From NCBI GenBank assembly GCA_964601525.1, contig CAZRNT010000001.1, positions 1-32,984 of the forward strand: a stretch of DNA of 32,984 nt, read 5' to 3'. The notes under the pieces are model-generated. The model made no database searches. It saw nothing but the letters and a program-made list of their open reading frames with translations, and had not been told where the DNA came from. Position 1 is the first letter of the stretch. Each line of letters begins with the position of its first letter. A program made the translations under genes and the position numbers. Source of the stretch: an uncultured Erysipelothrix sp. (lineage in GTDB: Bacteria > Bacillota_I > Bacilli_A > Erysipelotrichales > Erysipelotrichaceae). Shown one piece after another: positions 8,106-18,161 of the stretch.

Positions 8106-11036
8106 ATGTTCCTGAAAAAAATTGAAATGAAAGGATTTAAATCTTTCGCTGACCATGTTGTCATTCACTTTAATAATCCAGTGACTGGTATTGTTGGACC
8201 TAATGGATGTGGTAAAAGCAATATAAGCGATGCAATTCGCTGGGTATTAGGAGAACAATCTGTTAAGTCGATGCGTGGTAGTAGTATGACTGATGTTATT
8301 TTTAATGGCTCAGAAGAACGAAGAAAAATTAATTTAGCAGAAGTTACGCTATTTTTTGATAACAGTGAATCTTCTTTAAATTCAGATTATGAAGAGGTAG
8401 AGGTGACACGACGTTTATTTAGAGACACTCGCGAGTCACAATATTTAATTAATAAAACTGAATGTAGACTTAGAGATATCCATGATCTTGTTTTAGATAC
8501 TGGTTTAGGAAGAGATTCCCTATCAATTATTTCACAAGGAACAATAAGTCACTTTGCTGAAGCACGTCCCCAAGACAGACGTTTAGTTTTTGAGGAAGCT
8601 GCGGGAGTATCCAAATATAAAAAGAGAAAAATCGAATCCATCAACAAACTTGAACGTACCAAAGAAAATATGGAACGTATGCAGGATATTGTTGATGAAA
8701 TCGAAGCACAAGTCAAACGATTAAAAAGAGCTTCAACAAAAGCAATTAAATATAAAGAATTGCAGAAACAATTACAATCAGTTGAAGTATCAGTTTTAGT
8801 AAAAGAAATAAATGATTTAAGTAATGCATTAGAGCTAGAAAAGAAAGAACTTGCAGACTATGAAGCTAAATTGGCTCAAGAAGAAACATCTTCTGGCGTA
8901 TTGGATCATGATCTAGAGAATAAAAGAAAAGAAATGTTTAATCTTGATCAATCCATTGTTAAAAATCAAGAGAAAATGATGAATCTTGTTCGTGAACTTT
9001 CAGATTTAGAATCTCGTAAAGTGGAGATTGAAGAGAAACGAAAGTATGCCATGAAGGTCGGGGATGCGGAAACTAAGGCAAAAGAACTAAAGCAACAAAT
9101 CTTTGAAGCTCAATTAGAATATGAAGATCGCTTAAAAAGATATAATGAACTCAATGCCGAATTAGATTTATTTAATCAAGCAATTGAGAGTAAAAATCAA
9201 AATCTTGCTGCTATGAAACAAGAATCATATGGCTTTGAAGCTAAGATTCGCAAGTTAGAACAAAAGGAGACATTCCTACAACATCGATTAGATAAACCAT
9301 TTGAATCTCAATTAGGTGTTCAAGCGATTGTAGAAAATAAGAGATCCCTTTATGGTGTTCATGATGCAGTTGGACGATTGTTTACACCTCATGATAAATT
9401 TGAAATAGCAATTCAAACAGCATTAGCCGCTGCAATGATGCATGTGGTTATGGAAGATGATGAAGCTGCTGTTGGCGCTATTGAATTCTTGAAGAAAAAT
9501 AGAAGTGGACGTGCAACATTTATTCCCTTGACAGCTGTTAGAGCTCGTTATGTTAACGATGATGCTTTATTAATTTGTCAGCATGATTCAGGTTTTATGG
9601 GTGTTGCTTCAGATTTATTGGATTGCGATGAGCGTTATGATACTTTGAACAAGAGTTTATTGGGAAATGTTTTAGTAACTGAAACGATTGATGATGCCAA
9701 TAGATTATCAAAAAAATTAAACAAACAATTTAAAATTGTAACCTTAGAAGGAGATGTCATTCACCGTGGTGGCTTCATGAGTGGTGGTTATCAAAGAAAT
9801 AATCAAACATCAATCTTAGGTTTACAAAAAGAAATTGATCAAGTAAAAGAGGAATTAGAAACATCCTTACAAGAGCGTAATCTGCATGAGAGAAATTACA
9901 GTGTTTTAGAACAAGAAATTCATCTTGAAAATCAAAAACTAATGCAAACGAGAATTTCTTTAGCTCAGTTAGAACCATTGTTGGATGTTAAGAAGGCAAA
10001 ATATTTAAGTTTAAAGAATGAATTTGAAGAATTAAATTTTGATCTAAAAGACGATAATTCCATAGATCCACATGAAAACTTAATTACTAAACTTAACCAA
10101 ATTTATATGCAACGTGATGAATTAGGCAATAGTTTATCCTTGCAAAGAGAACGTCGTTTAAAGATGGGAACAGAAGTTCAAAGATTAGAACAAAGTTTAC
10201 GTCAGGCTCGTAAAGTTATCAGTGAAATTGATAATCATCGTCAAAGAAGTGAAATTAATTTAACCAAGTATCAAACAAAATTAGATTCAAGTCTTGAAAG
10301 ACTATCAAGTGAATATCAAATGACTTATGACTACGCTTTTGAGCATATATATAATGAAGAAAATAGCTTTGCAAAAGATGAGGTTCAAAGATTACGTCAA
10401 GAGATAGTAAGTTTAGGTAATGTAAACCTAACAGCTCCTGAAGAATACGAAGAAAGTAAAGAAAGATATGAATTTTTAAGTCATCAACTTAATGATCTAC
10501 GCGAATCAAGAAATAAACTCTTGGCTGTGATTGATGAGATGGATGAAATTATGATCAAACAATTCAAAGAAATGTTTGATCGAGTCAATGAAGAATTACC
10601 AGAAGTATTTATTGCTTTATTTGGTGGTGGTACTGCTAAATTGGTCTTAGAAGATCCAGATGACTTACTAAATACTGGAGTTGATATTGATGTTCAACCT
10701 CCTGGAAAGTCGATTCAAAATATTCGTCTATTCTCAGGTGGTGAAAAATCACTCATTGCCATCTCTGTACTCTTTGCAATATTAAAGGCTAGACATGTAC
10801 CTTTATGTGTCTTCGATGAGGTTGAAGCGGCATTAGACCAAGCAAACGTAGAACGTTTAGCAAATTACATTAAAGATTTTAGTAATAACACTCAATTTAT
10901 AATCATTACCCATAGGCCAGGAACCATGGCTCAGTGTGATGTTTTATACGGAGTGACTATGCCTAATAAAGGTGTTTCTTCGATGTTAAGAGTTCAATTA
11001 GATGAAGCAATTGAGTTAAAGGAGGAAGTAAATTGA
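8106..11036 (+). CDS. smc: Chromosome segregation protein Smc (short-arm, 976 aa)
   Basis: Walker A GPNGCGKSN, hinge GDVIHRGGFMSGG, signature FSGGEKS, Walker B/D-loop FDEVEAALD. SD GGAGG at 8096-8100. Confidence 0.95.
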   Translation: MFLKKIEMKGFKSFADHVVIHFNNPVTGIVGPNGCGKSNISDAIRWVLGEQSVKSMRGSSMTDVIFNGSEERRKINLAEVTLFFDNSESSLNSDYEEVEVTRRLFRDTRESQYLINKTECRLRDIHDLVLDTGLGRDSLSIISQGTISHFAEARPQDRRLVFEEAAGVSKYKKRKIESINKLERTKENMERMQDIVDEIEAQVKRLKRASTKAIKYKELQKQLQSVEVSVLVKEINDLSNALELEKKELADYEAKLAQEETSSGVLDHDLENKRKEMFNLDQSIVKNQEKMMNLVRELSDLESRKVEIEEKRKYAMKVGDAETKAKELKQQIFEAQLEYEDRLKRYNELNAELDLFNQAIESKNQNLAAMKQESYGFEAKIRKLEQKETFLQHRLDKPFESQLGVQAIVENKRSLYGVHDAVGRLFTPHDKFEIAIQTALAAAMMHVVMEDDEAAVGAIEFLKKNRSGRATFIPLTAVRARYVNDDALLICQHDSGFMGVASDLLDCDERYDTLNKSLLGNVLVTETIDDANRLSKKLNKQFKIVTLEGDVIHRGGFMSGGYQRNNQTSILGLQKEIDQVKEELETSLQERNLHERNYSVLEQEIHLENQKLMQTRISLAQLEPLLDVKKAKYLSLKNEFEELNFDLKDDNSIDPHENLITKLNQIYMQRDELGNSLSLQRERRLKMGTEVQRLEQSLRQARKVISEIDNHRQRSEINLTKYQTKLDSSLERLSSEYQMTYDYAFEHIYNEENSFAKDEVQRLRQEIVSLGNVNLTAPEEYEESKERYEFLSHQLNDLRESRNKLLAVIDEMDEIMIKQFKEMFDRVNEELPEVFIALFGGGTAKLVLEDPDDLLNTGVDIDVQPPGKSIQNIRLFSGGEKSLIAISVLFAILKARHVPLCVFDEVEAALDQANVERLANYIKDFSNNTQFIIITHRPGTMAQCDVLYGVTMPNKGVSSMLRVQLDEAIELKEEVN

Positions 11037-11983
11037 GTTTCTTTGATCAACTTAAAGATAAATTTCAGAAAAAAGATGATAAGGAATTATATACAACTGG
11101 TTTAAATAAAAGTAAAGAAGGTTTTGGTGATAAATTAAAATCTTTATTTATGGGTAAACCTAAATATGACGATGCTTGGTATGATCATTTATTAGCTGTC
11201 TTAATTCAAGGCGATGTTTCTTTAAAAAGTGCTCAAAAAATCATTAAAAATTTAAGGAAGCAGATTAAAAAATCCATGAGTGAAGAAGAAGCTTTTGAAA
11301 CATTAGCAAAAGTTTTGCTCGAACATTATGGTGATGATGTTGCTGATTTTGAATTTGAAGAAGGGCGATTAAATGTATTGATGCTTGTGGGTGTAAATGG
11401 TTCTGGTAAAACAACAACTGCAGCCAAATTAGCCAAGCGTTATAAAGACGAAGGCAAAAAGGTTTTACTTGTTGGTGGAGATACATTCAGGGCAGCAGGA
11501 AGTTCTCAACTTGGTGTTTGGGCTGATGAGATTGGTGTTGGTTTTGTTGGTGGTAAGGAAAAACAAGACCCAGCTTCAGTTTATGTTGATGCGGCGCGCT
11601 ATGCAAAAGCGAATGATTTTGATATCATGATTTGTGATAGTGCGGGCCGTTTACAAAACAAAACAAACTTGATGAATGAATTAGAGAAGATGCGCCGTGT
11701 TCTGGAAAGGGAAGCAGGAGTAATAGATCATACTTATTGTGTTATTGATGGTAACACAGGTCAAAATGGTCTTGCTCAAGCTAAATCTTTTCAAGAAGCA
11801 GCTAAAATTGATTCTATAATCGTTACTAAACTTGACGGTTCACCTAAGGGAGGGGTCATATTAAGTATTAAAGATGAATTAGGCATTAAAGTTAGCAATA
11901 TTGGCCTAGGTGAAAGTATGAATGATTTAAGACCTTTTGATATCGAGGCATTTGTTTATAGATTGGTTCATGATGAATCATGA
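11033..11983 (+). CDS. ftsY: Signal recognition particle receptor FtsY
   Basis: MSFFDQLK amphipathic start, GVNGSGKTTT, DTFRAA, DSAGRLQ, TKLDG. Follows smc. Confidence 0.93.
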   Translation: MSFFDQLKDKFQKKDDKELYTTGLNKSKEGFGDKLKSLFMGKPKYDDAWYDHLLAVLIQGDVSLKSAQKIIKNLRKQIKKSMSEEEAFETLAKVLLEHYGDDVADFEFEEGRLNVLMLVGVNGSGKTTTAAKLAKRYKDEGKKVLLVGGDTFRAAGSSQLGVWADEIGVGFVGGKEKQDPASVYVDAARYAKANDFDIMICDSAGRLQNKTNLMNELEKMRRVLEREAGVIDHTYCVIDGNTGQNGLAQAKSFQEAAKIDSIIVTKLDGSPKGGVILSIKDELGIKVSNIGLGESMNDLRPFDIEAFVYRLVHDES

Positions 11984-12297
11984 TAATCGACGATACGATT
12001 GCGATCAATCGTTTATTTGATTATTACGGTTCTTTACTGACTGATCGTCAGCAAGAAGTTTTTAGATTTTATTATCATGAAGATTATTCTTATCAAGAAA
12101 TCGCTGATTTATTAAATATAAGTCGTGCTGCTGTATATGATAATTTAAAACGAGCTAAAGACTCTTTGATAAATTATGAAGATAAACTTAGATTTAGTAG
12201 CCGATTTGATGATTTAATAAATGCGTTACAAGAATTAAAAATAGAAGATGTCGATAAATTAATAGAAAAATTTTATAGTGGAGGAAAATATGACTAA
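11980..12297 (+). CDS. ylxM: YlxM (UPF0122) HTH protein
   Basis: LFDYYGSLLTDRQ...YYHEDYSYQEIA...SRAAVYDNLKR...YEDKL. Confidence 0.92.
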   Translation: MIIDDTIAINRLFDYYGSLLTDRQQEVFRFYYHEDYSYQEIADLLNISRAAVYDNLKRAKDSLINYEDKLRFSSRFDDLINALQELKIEDVDKLIEKFYSGGKYD

Positions 12298-13492
12298 AGT
12301 ATTAGCAGTTAATGCGGGAAGTAGTTCCCTAAAATTTCAATTATTAGAAATGCCTGAGGCAGATGTTCTTGCTTCTGGAATCGTAGAGAGAATTGGTTTA
12401 GAAAACGGAGTTTTTACACTCAAATACAATGGTGAAAAAGTTTCAGAAACTTTAGATATTCCAGATCACCATGTAGCTGTAGACTTAGTTTTAAAAGGAT
12501 TAGTTGAGCATAAAATTGTAGAAGCTCTTGAAGAAATTGTTGCTGCAGGACATAGAGTTGTTCATGGTGGTGAATATTTTACAGGAAGTGCTATATGTGA
12601 TGAAGAGTCTGTGGCACGTGTAGAAGAGCTTGCAGATTTAGCACCTCTTCATAATCCGGCAAACTTAATAGGTTATCGTGCATTTAAAGAAGCTTTACCA
12701 AAAGCAACTCATATCTTCGCATTTGATACAGCATTCCATCAAACAATGGCGGAAGATGTATTCATGTATGCATTGCCATATGAATACTACACAGACTTAC
12801 AAGTTCGTCGTTATGGAGCTCATGGAATTTCTCATGAATATGTGGCAAATAGAACAGCTGAATTAATGGAAAGAGATTCTAAAGGATTGAATTTAATTAC
12901 ATTACACTTAGGTAATGGTGCTTCATTAAGTGCTGTAAAAGATGGATTATGTGTAAATACATCCATGGGATTCACACCACTAGCAGGGGTAATCATGGGT
13001 ACAAGAACGGGTGATTTAGATCCAGCTATCGTTACTTATCTTATGAGAAAATTAGATATCTCAGCAGAAGAAGTTTTAGATATCTTTAACAAAAAATCAG
13101 GAATGGCTGGAATTAGTGGCCTTTCAAGTGATGCTCGTGACATCGAACAAGGAATTAAAGATGGCAATGAACGCGCAATCTTAACAAGAAAAATGTATGC
13201 TCAAAGAGTTTTAGAATATGTTGGAGCATATACAATGCAATTAGGCCGTGTTGATGCCTTAGTATTCACTGCTGGTTTAGGTGAAAATGACGCAGGTACA
13301 AGAGCTGCAATTCTAGATGTTTTAGAAGAAGGTCTTGGTGTTAAATATGATAAAGAATTAAATAATAACACTCGCGGAGTCGAACGTAAGATTAGTACTG
13401 ATGATTCATCCGTAGAAGTATGGGTTGTTCCTACAAATGAAGAGTTAGTCATCGCTGAAGATGCATATAGGATTCATAATGAAGAAAAATAA
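12290..13492 (+). CDS. ackA: Acetate kinase
   Basis: NAGSSSLKFQ, GHRVVHGG, FDTAFH, HLGNGAS, TSMGFTPL, PTNEE. SD GGAGG before ATG 12290. Confidence 0.96.
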   Translation: MTKVLAVNAGSSSLKFQLLEMPEADVLASGIVERIGLENGVFTLKYNGEKVSETLDIPDHHVAVDLVLKGLVEHKIVEALEEIVAAGHRVVHGGEYFTGSAICDEESVARVEELADLAPLHNPANLIGYRAFKEALPKATHIFAFDTAFHQTMAEDVFMYALPYEYYTDLQVRRYGAHGISHEYVANRTAELMERDSKGLNLITLHLGNGASLSAVKDGLCVNTSMGFTPLAGVIMGTRTGDLDPAIVTYLMRKLDISAEEVLDIFNKKSGMAGISGLSSDARDIEQGIKDGNERAILTRKMYAQRVLEYVGAYTMQLGRVDALVFTAGLGENDAGTRAAILDVLEEGLGVKYDKELNNNTRGVERKISTDDSSVEVWVVPTNEELVIAEDAYRIHNEEK

Positions 13493-14405
13493 GTTTATTG
13501 AAATCGTTGAATCTTATGATACTATAGCTGTTTTTCGTCATCAAAATCCTGATGGAGATGCCTTAGGTTCACAATTTGGTATGAAATCATGGCTTGAAAA
13601 GCGTTATCCAAATAAAAAAATATACGCTCTTGGTCATGATTCTCATAATTTTACTATTTTTCCAGAAATGGACGAAGTTGAACACTTAGGAAACTTTTTA
13701 GCAATTGTTTTGGATACAGCTAATACTGCTCGTATTGATGATGATCGTTTTGAATTAGCTGATAAGCTGATAAAAATTGATCACCATCCTGTAGTGGATG
13801 ATTATGGAGATTTAAGAATTGTTGATTCCAGCCGTGGAAGTTGTGCTGAAATAGTCAGTGATCTTCTACAAAATATCGATGAATATTCTTTTAATGAAGA
13901 AATATCATCTTATTTACTAGCGGGTATTCTAACAGATACAATTCGTTTTTCAATCGAAACAACTTCATCTAAAACATTGTGTACAGCAGCGTTCTTAGTT
14001 GATTGTGGTGCTAATATTTCAAAACTTAACCAAGAACTCTTTACACGTCCAAGAAGATTTTTTGAATTAAGAACAGAATTATCACAAAAGGTAATCTGGA
14101 GAGATAAACTAGCATATATCTTGATATCTCAAGATTTGTTGAAATCATTAGAATTAAGTGAGAGCCAAGCAAAAACATTTATTTCCATTATGGCAGATAT
14201 TATTGAAGTTGAAATCTGGGCATTGTTTGTGGAGGAAGAGGATGGAACATATATGGGTTCAATTCGTTCACGAGATATAACAATCAATACCATTGCTCAA
14301 TCATTTAATGGTGGTGGACACCGTTTAGCTTCTGGTGTTCGTGGCCTAAGTGAGCAAGATTTAGAAAAGATTATTAATGAACTAGCAAAAACATCGTTAA
14401 GTTAA
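13479..14405 (+). CDS. nrnA: DHH/DHHA1 nanoRNase/pAp phosphatase NrnA
   Basis: HQNPDGDALGS, IDHH, GILTDT, GGGHRLASG. Conserved position upstream of dnaE. Confidence 0.87.
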   Translation: MKKNKFIEIVESYDTIAVFRHQNPDGDALGSQFGMKSWLEKRYPNKKIYALGHDSHNFTIFPEMDEVEHLGNFLAIVLDTANTARIDDDRFELADKLIKIDHHPVVDDYGDLRIVDSSRGSCAEIVSDLLQNIDEYSFNEEISSYLLAGILTDTIRFSIETTSSKTLCTAAFLVDCGANISKLNQELFTRPRRFFELRTELSQKVIWRDKLAYILISQDLLKSLELSESQAKTFISIMADIIEVEIWALFVEEEDGTYMGSIRSRDITINTIAQSFNGGGHRLASGVRGLSEQDLEKIINELAKTSLS

Positions 14406-14417
14406 ACGATGTTTTTT
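14387..14417 (+). terminator. Intrinsic terminator after nrnA
   Basis: 12-bp stem AAAAACATCGTT/AACGATGTTTTT. The stop codon lies at the loop. Confidence 0.7.
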
Positions 14418-14421
14418 GATG

Positions 14422-14427
14422 TATAAT
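14422..14427 (+). promoter_or_regulatory. Putative -10 (TATAAT) for dnaE
   Basis: Perfect TATAAT immediately after the terminator, in the same ATGTATAATAGT context as the smc promoter. Confidence 0.45.
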
Positions 14428-14447
14428 AGTAAAAAGAGGTGACTGTG

Positions 14448-17400
14448 TTGACACACTTATGTACAAGAACATACTATTCTTTACTTGATGGAACTATGAG
14501 TGTAGAAGAACTTGTATCATTAGCAAAAAAGAATGATATGAAAGCTCTAGCAATTACAGAAAGACATGTTCTATATTCCGCTTTGGAATTTCAAAAAGAA
14601 TGTGACAAACAAGGCATAAAGCCTATTTTTGGTATGGAGATAACAATTGAAGAAGAAGATCAAATATTTGATTCTTTAATAATTGCTAAAAATATCAAAG
14701 GTTATCAAGGCTTAATTCATTCCTCTAAAATATTATTAAAAAATAAAAAACTTTCATATTCAGATTTAAATGAATATCGTGATGACATTATTTTTATTGT
14801 TTATTCAGAAAATGGGCCTTTTGAAAATGATTTACGCAAAGCTAATCTAGAACAAATAAAGGAAAAACTCAACTTTCTTAATGATTATTTTCCCAATTTT
14901 TACCTTGGAATATCTCATCAGGAATCAAGTTATTTTAAAAAGATCAATCATACTTTACTGCAAATCGCTGATTTATTAGGTCTCAAATCTCTAGCAATTC
15001 CTAAAGTATACTATAAATCAAAGGAAGATGATGAGAGTCTAAGAATTTTGCATGCAATTAAAAAAGGAACTTTTTATGATGATAAAACACTAGTTTCGGC
15101 TCCTGACCGATATTTTTATAGTAAAGAAGAAATGAGCAATCTATACCGTAAAGATTTACTCGAAAACATTGAAGAGCTTGTTAGCTCGGTGAGTTTGGAT
15201 CTAAAGAAAATCAAAACTAAACTTCCAGAATTTAAAGCTGCAAAGGATATAGGTTCTGATGTTTACTTAAGACAACTTAGTCACTTGGGCTTAAGAAAAC
15301 GTTTAAATGGTAATATAAGTCATGATTATCAAAAAAGATTGGACTTTGAATTAGAAACTATTACTTCTATGGATTTTTCCGATTACTTCCTGATTGTTTA
15401 TGATGTTATTAGATTTGCGAAAAAAAATGGTATTTATGTTGGGCCTGGAAGGGGTAGTTCAGCAGGTTCTTTAGTCGCCTATAGTTTGGGAATTACCGAA
15501 GTAGATCCATTAAAATATGGACTATATTTTGAAAGGTTTTTAAATCCTAGCAGAAAAGAAATGCCGGATATTGATATTGATTTCCCAGATGATCGACGTG
15601 ATGAAGTAATTGAATATGTTCAAGATACTTACGGTTTAGATCATGTAGCTCATATTGTGACCTTTGGTACTATGAAAGCACGTCAAGCATTTAGAGATGT
15701 GGCCAGGGTATTTCAAATGCCCTTATATCAAGTAGACAAAATCGCTAAATTAATTTCTAGTAATGATTTAATGGAATCATATAATAATAGTTCAGCAATG
15801 CAAAGAGCAATCGCTGAGAGTGAACTTAATCAAAAAATATTTAATTATGCTTTAAAAATTGAAGGCTTGCCACGTCATAGTTCAGTTCATGCTGCGGGAA
15901 TTGTATTATCAAAGAAACCTTTAGATGAGATTGTTCCCTATTTTATTGTCGATGATTTAGGTTCTATAATTCAGTTTGACATGAGTCATTTAGAGGAAAT
16001 GGGTCTTATAAAAATAGACTTTTTAGGTTTAAGGAATTTAAGTATTATTGATAATATTCGTAAAGATATTCCTGATTTAGATATTGTAAACATTAATTTA
16101 GATGATAAAAAAACATTTGATTTGATTTGTAGGGGTGAAACTTTAGGTTTATTCCAATTGGAATCAGATGGAATGACACAATTATTAAAAGACATGCAGC
16201 CCAATCGCTTTATGGATCTAGTGGATGCGATTGCTTTATATCGTCCAGGTCCAATGGAGAATATTCCTGTATATCTAGAAAACAGACAAAATCCGGATAA
16301 AATTAAATATCTCCATGATGATTTGGAAATGATTAGTAAAACAAGTTATGGAATTTTAATCTATCAGGAGCAAATAATGCAAGTGGCTCAAATCATGGCT
16401 GGATTTTCCCTTGCAAGAGCTGATATTTTGCGTAAAGCAATGAGTCAAAAAAACAGTAAGAATTTGGAGTCCTTGAAAATTGAGTTTATTGAAGGTGCAC
16501 TAAATTTAGGTTATGAAGAAAAATTGGTACATGAAGTATTTAATCTTATTATGAAATTTGCTAATTATGGTTTTAATAAATCTCATTCTGTTGCTTATGC
16601 CTTGATAGCGTATCAAATGGCATACCTCAAAGCACATTATCCATTAATGTTCTATAAATATTTATTAAATTCCGTTCAATCATCAAATACAAGAACTCAA
16701 CAGTATCTTAACGAATGTAAAAGTCGAGGAATTCAAATTGTAAATCCATCAATTAATTACAGCAGTGATGCATATCGCCTTTTAGATGATAAAATTGTAT
16801 TACCTTTGACCTTAGCAAAAGGAATTAGTAAAACTGTATCAAGTCACATAGTTAAAGAAAGAGAAGATGGAAGATTTTCTTCTTATTACAATGCAATTAG
16901 TCGCTTAAGTATCAATAAGATTAATAAAGGTAATTTTGTTTCTTTAATAGATTCAGGTGCCTTTGATGAATTTGGTAAAAGCAGATTAGCGATGAAGGAG
17001 AATCTGGAAGAAGCTTTAACCTATTCTTCTTTAATCAGTATCAAAAATGCTGATGGAATTAGTTTAAATTATTCTTTAGTTAGTGAACCTAATTTTAAAG
17101 ATTTAAAAGAGAATCTTCATGATAAATTAAATAATGAAAAAAATATATTAGGATTTTATTTAAGTGATCATCCTGCGCGTACTCTACAAGAAAAACATAA
17201 AACAGATCAATTATCTGAAGTTGTTATTGGTCGAAATCGATTTAAAGTTATAGCTATGGTGGACCGAATTAAGAAACATAAAACTAAAAAAGGTGATACG
17301 ATGGCCTTTCTTAGAGTCAGTGATGCAAGTCGAGAAATGGATGCAATTGTTTTTCCTAATCTCTATGTAAGAGTTGAAGAACATTTAGAGATTGGTGCTA

Positions 17401-17474
17401 TAATATATATTAAAGCAAATATGCGTGAGGCTGATAAAATAATCATTGAAGATTTATATAGGTTTGAATATTAA
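14448..17474 (+). CDS. dnaE: DNA polymerase III alpha subunit DnaE (Firmicute type)
   Basis: GPGRGSSAGSLV, FERFLNP, MPDIDIDF, KIDFLGL, YGFNKSHS and a C-terminal OB fold. SD GAGGTGA favours TTG 14448 (alternative GTG 14439). Confidence 0.95.
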   Translation: MTHLCTRTYYSLLDGTMSVEELVSLAKKNDMKALAITERHVLYSALEFQKECDKQGIKPIFGMEITIEEEDQIFDSLIIAKNIKGYQGLIHSSKILLKNKKLSYSDLNEYRDDIIFIVYSENGPFENDLRKANLEQIKEKLNFLNDYFPNFYLGISHQESSYFKKINHTLLQIADLLGLKSLAIPKVYYKSKEDDESLRILHAIKKGTFYDDKTLVSAPDRYFYSKEEMSNLYRKDLLENIEELVSSVSLDLKKIKTKLPEFKAAKDIGSDVYLRQLSHLGLRKRLNGNISHDYQKRLDFELETITSMDFSDYFLIVYDVIRFAKKNGIYVGPGRGSSAGSLVAYSLGITEVDPLKYGLYFERFLNPSRKEMPDIDIDFPDDRRDEVIEYVQDTYGLDHVAHIVTFGTMKARQAFRDVARVFQMPLYQVDKIAKLISSNDLMESYNNSSAMQRAIAESELNQKIFNYALKIEGLPRHSSVHAAGIVLSKKPLDEIVPYFIVDDLGSIIQFDMSHLEEMGLIKIDFLGLRNLSIIDNIRKDIPDLDIVNINLDDKKTFDLICRGETLGLFQLESDGMTQLLKDMQPNRFMDLVDAIALYRPGPMENIPVYLENRQNPDKIKYLHDDLEMISKTSYGILIYQEQIMQVAQIMAGFSLARADILRKAMSQKNSKNLESLKIEFIEGALNLGYEEKLVHEVFNLIMKFANYGFNKSHSVAYALIAYQMAYLKAHYPLMFYKYLLNSVQSSNTRTQQYLNECKSRGIQIVNPSINYSSDAYRLLDDKIVLPLTLAKGISKTVSSHIVKEREDGRFSSYYNAISRLSINKINKGNFVSLIDSGAFDEFGKSRLAMKENLEEALTYSSLISIKNADGISLNYSLVSEPNFKDLKENLHDKLNNEKNILGFYLSDHPARTLQEKHKTDQLSEVVIGRNRFKVIAMVDRIKKHKTKKGDTMAFLRVSDASREMDAIVFPNLYVRVEEHLEIGAIIYIKANMREADKIIIEDLYRFEY

Positions 17475-17492
17475 AAAAGAAAGGATGTTTAA

Positions 17493-18161
17493 ATGATAAA
17501 ATTTCTTATTGTTGATGATGAAGTAAAAATTAGAGAAGTTGTTAAAGAATATGCAAAAGCTTCAAATATGCAGTGTGATGAAGCAAGCAATGGTGAAGAA
17601 GCTTTAAATATGATTCGTAATAATTTTTACCATGTGATTGTTTTAGATATAATGATGCCTAAAATGGATGGCTTTACAGCTGTTAAAAAAATTAGAGAAT
17701 TCTCTGAGGTTCCGATTATTGTTCTTTCTGCTCGTCAAGAAGAATTTGATAAATTACTTGGTTTTGATTTAGGTATTGATGATTATGTTACTAAACCATT
17801 TTCTCCTAAAGAATTGATGGCGAGAATTAAAGCAATTTCTGAACGAGCTAAAGGTATAAAACATAACTTTTATCAATTTGAAGGTTTACATGTTGATATT
17901 ACAGGTCGTACTGTCTCAGTTGATGATGAAAGAGTAAATCTAACTCCTAAAGAATTTGATCTACTTGTTTATTTAATTAGACATGAGAATCAAGCTTTAT
18001 CTAGGGAAGTTCTTTTAGATAAAGTTTGGAATTATAATTATTATGGTGATTATAGAACCGTGGATACTCATATTAAGATGCTTCGTCAAAACTTAGGAGT
18101 TTATCGTAAGTTTGTTGTTACGGTAAGAGGCACGGGTTATAAATTTGAAGTTGAAGACTAA
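17493..18161 (+). CDS. OmpR-family response regulator (ResD/SrrA-like)
   Basis: VDDE, LDIMMP, DDYVTKPFSP; wHTH LTPKEFDLL...RTVDTHIK...TVRGTGYKF. Confidence 0.92.
   Translation: MIKFLIVDDEVKIREVVKEYAKASNMQCDEASNGEEALNMIRNNFYHVIVLDIMMPKMDGFTAVKKIREFSEVPIIVLSARQEEFDKLLGFDLGIDDYVTKPFSPKELMARIKAISERAKGIKHNFYQFEGLHVDITGRTVSVDDERVNLTPKEFDLLVYLIRHENQALSREVLLDKVWNYNYYGDYRTVDTHIKMLRQNLGVYRKFVVTVRGTGYKFEVED

Noticed and set aside
9530-9558. TTATGTTAA resembling the XerD arm of dif
   Set aside because: It lies inside smc with no matching XerC arm.
11265-11486. Antisense ORF with QQQHHHH
   Set aside because: The composition is just the reverse complement of GAT/GTT/GCT codons in ftsY.
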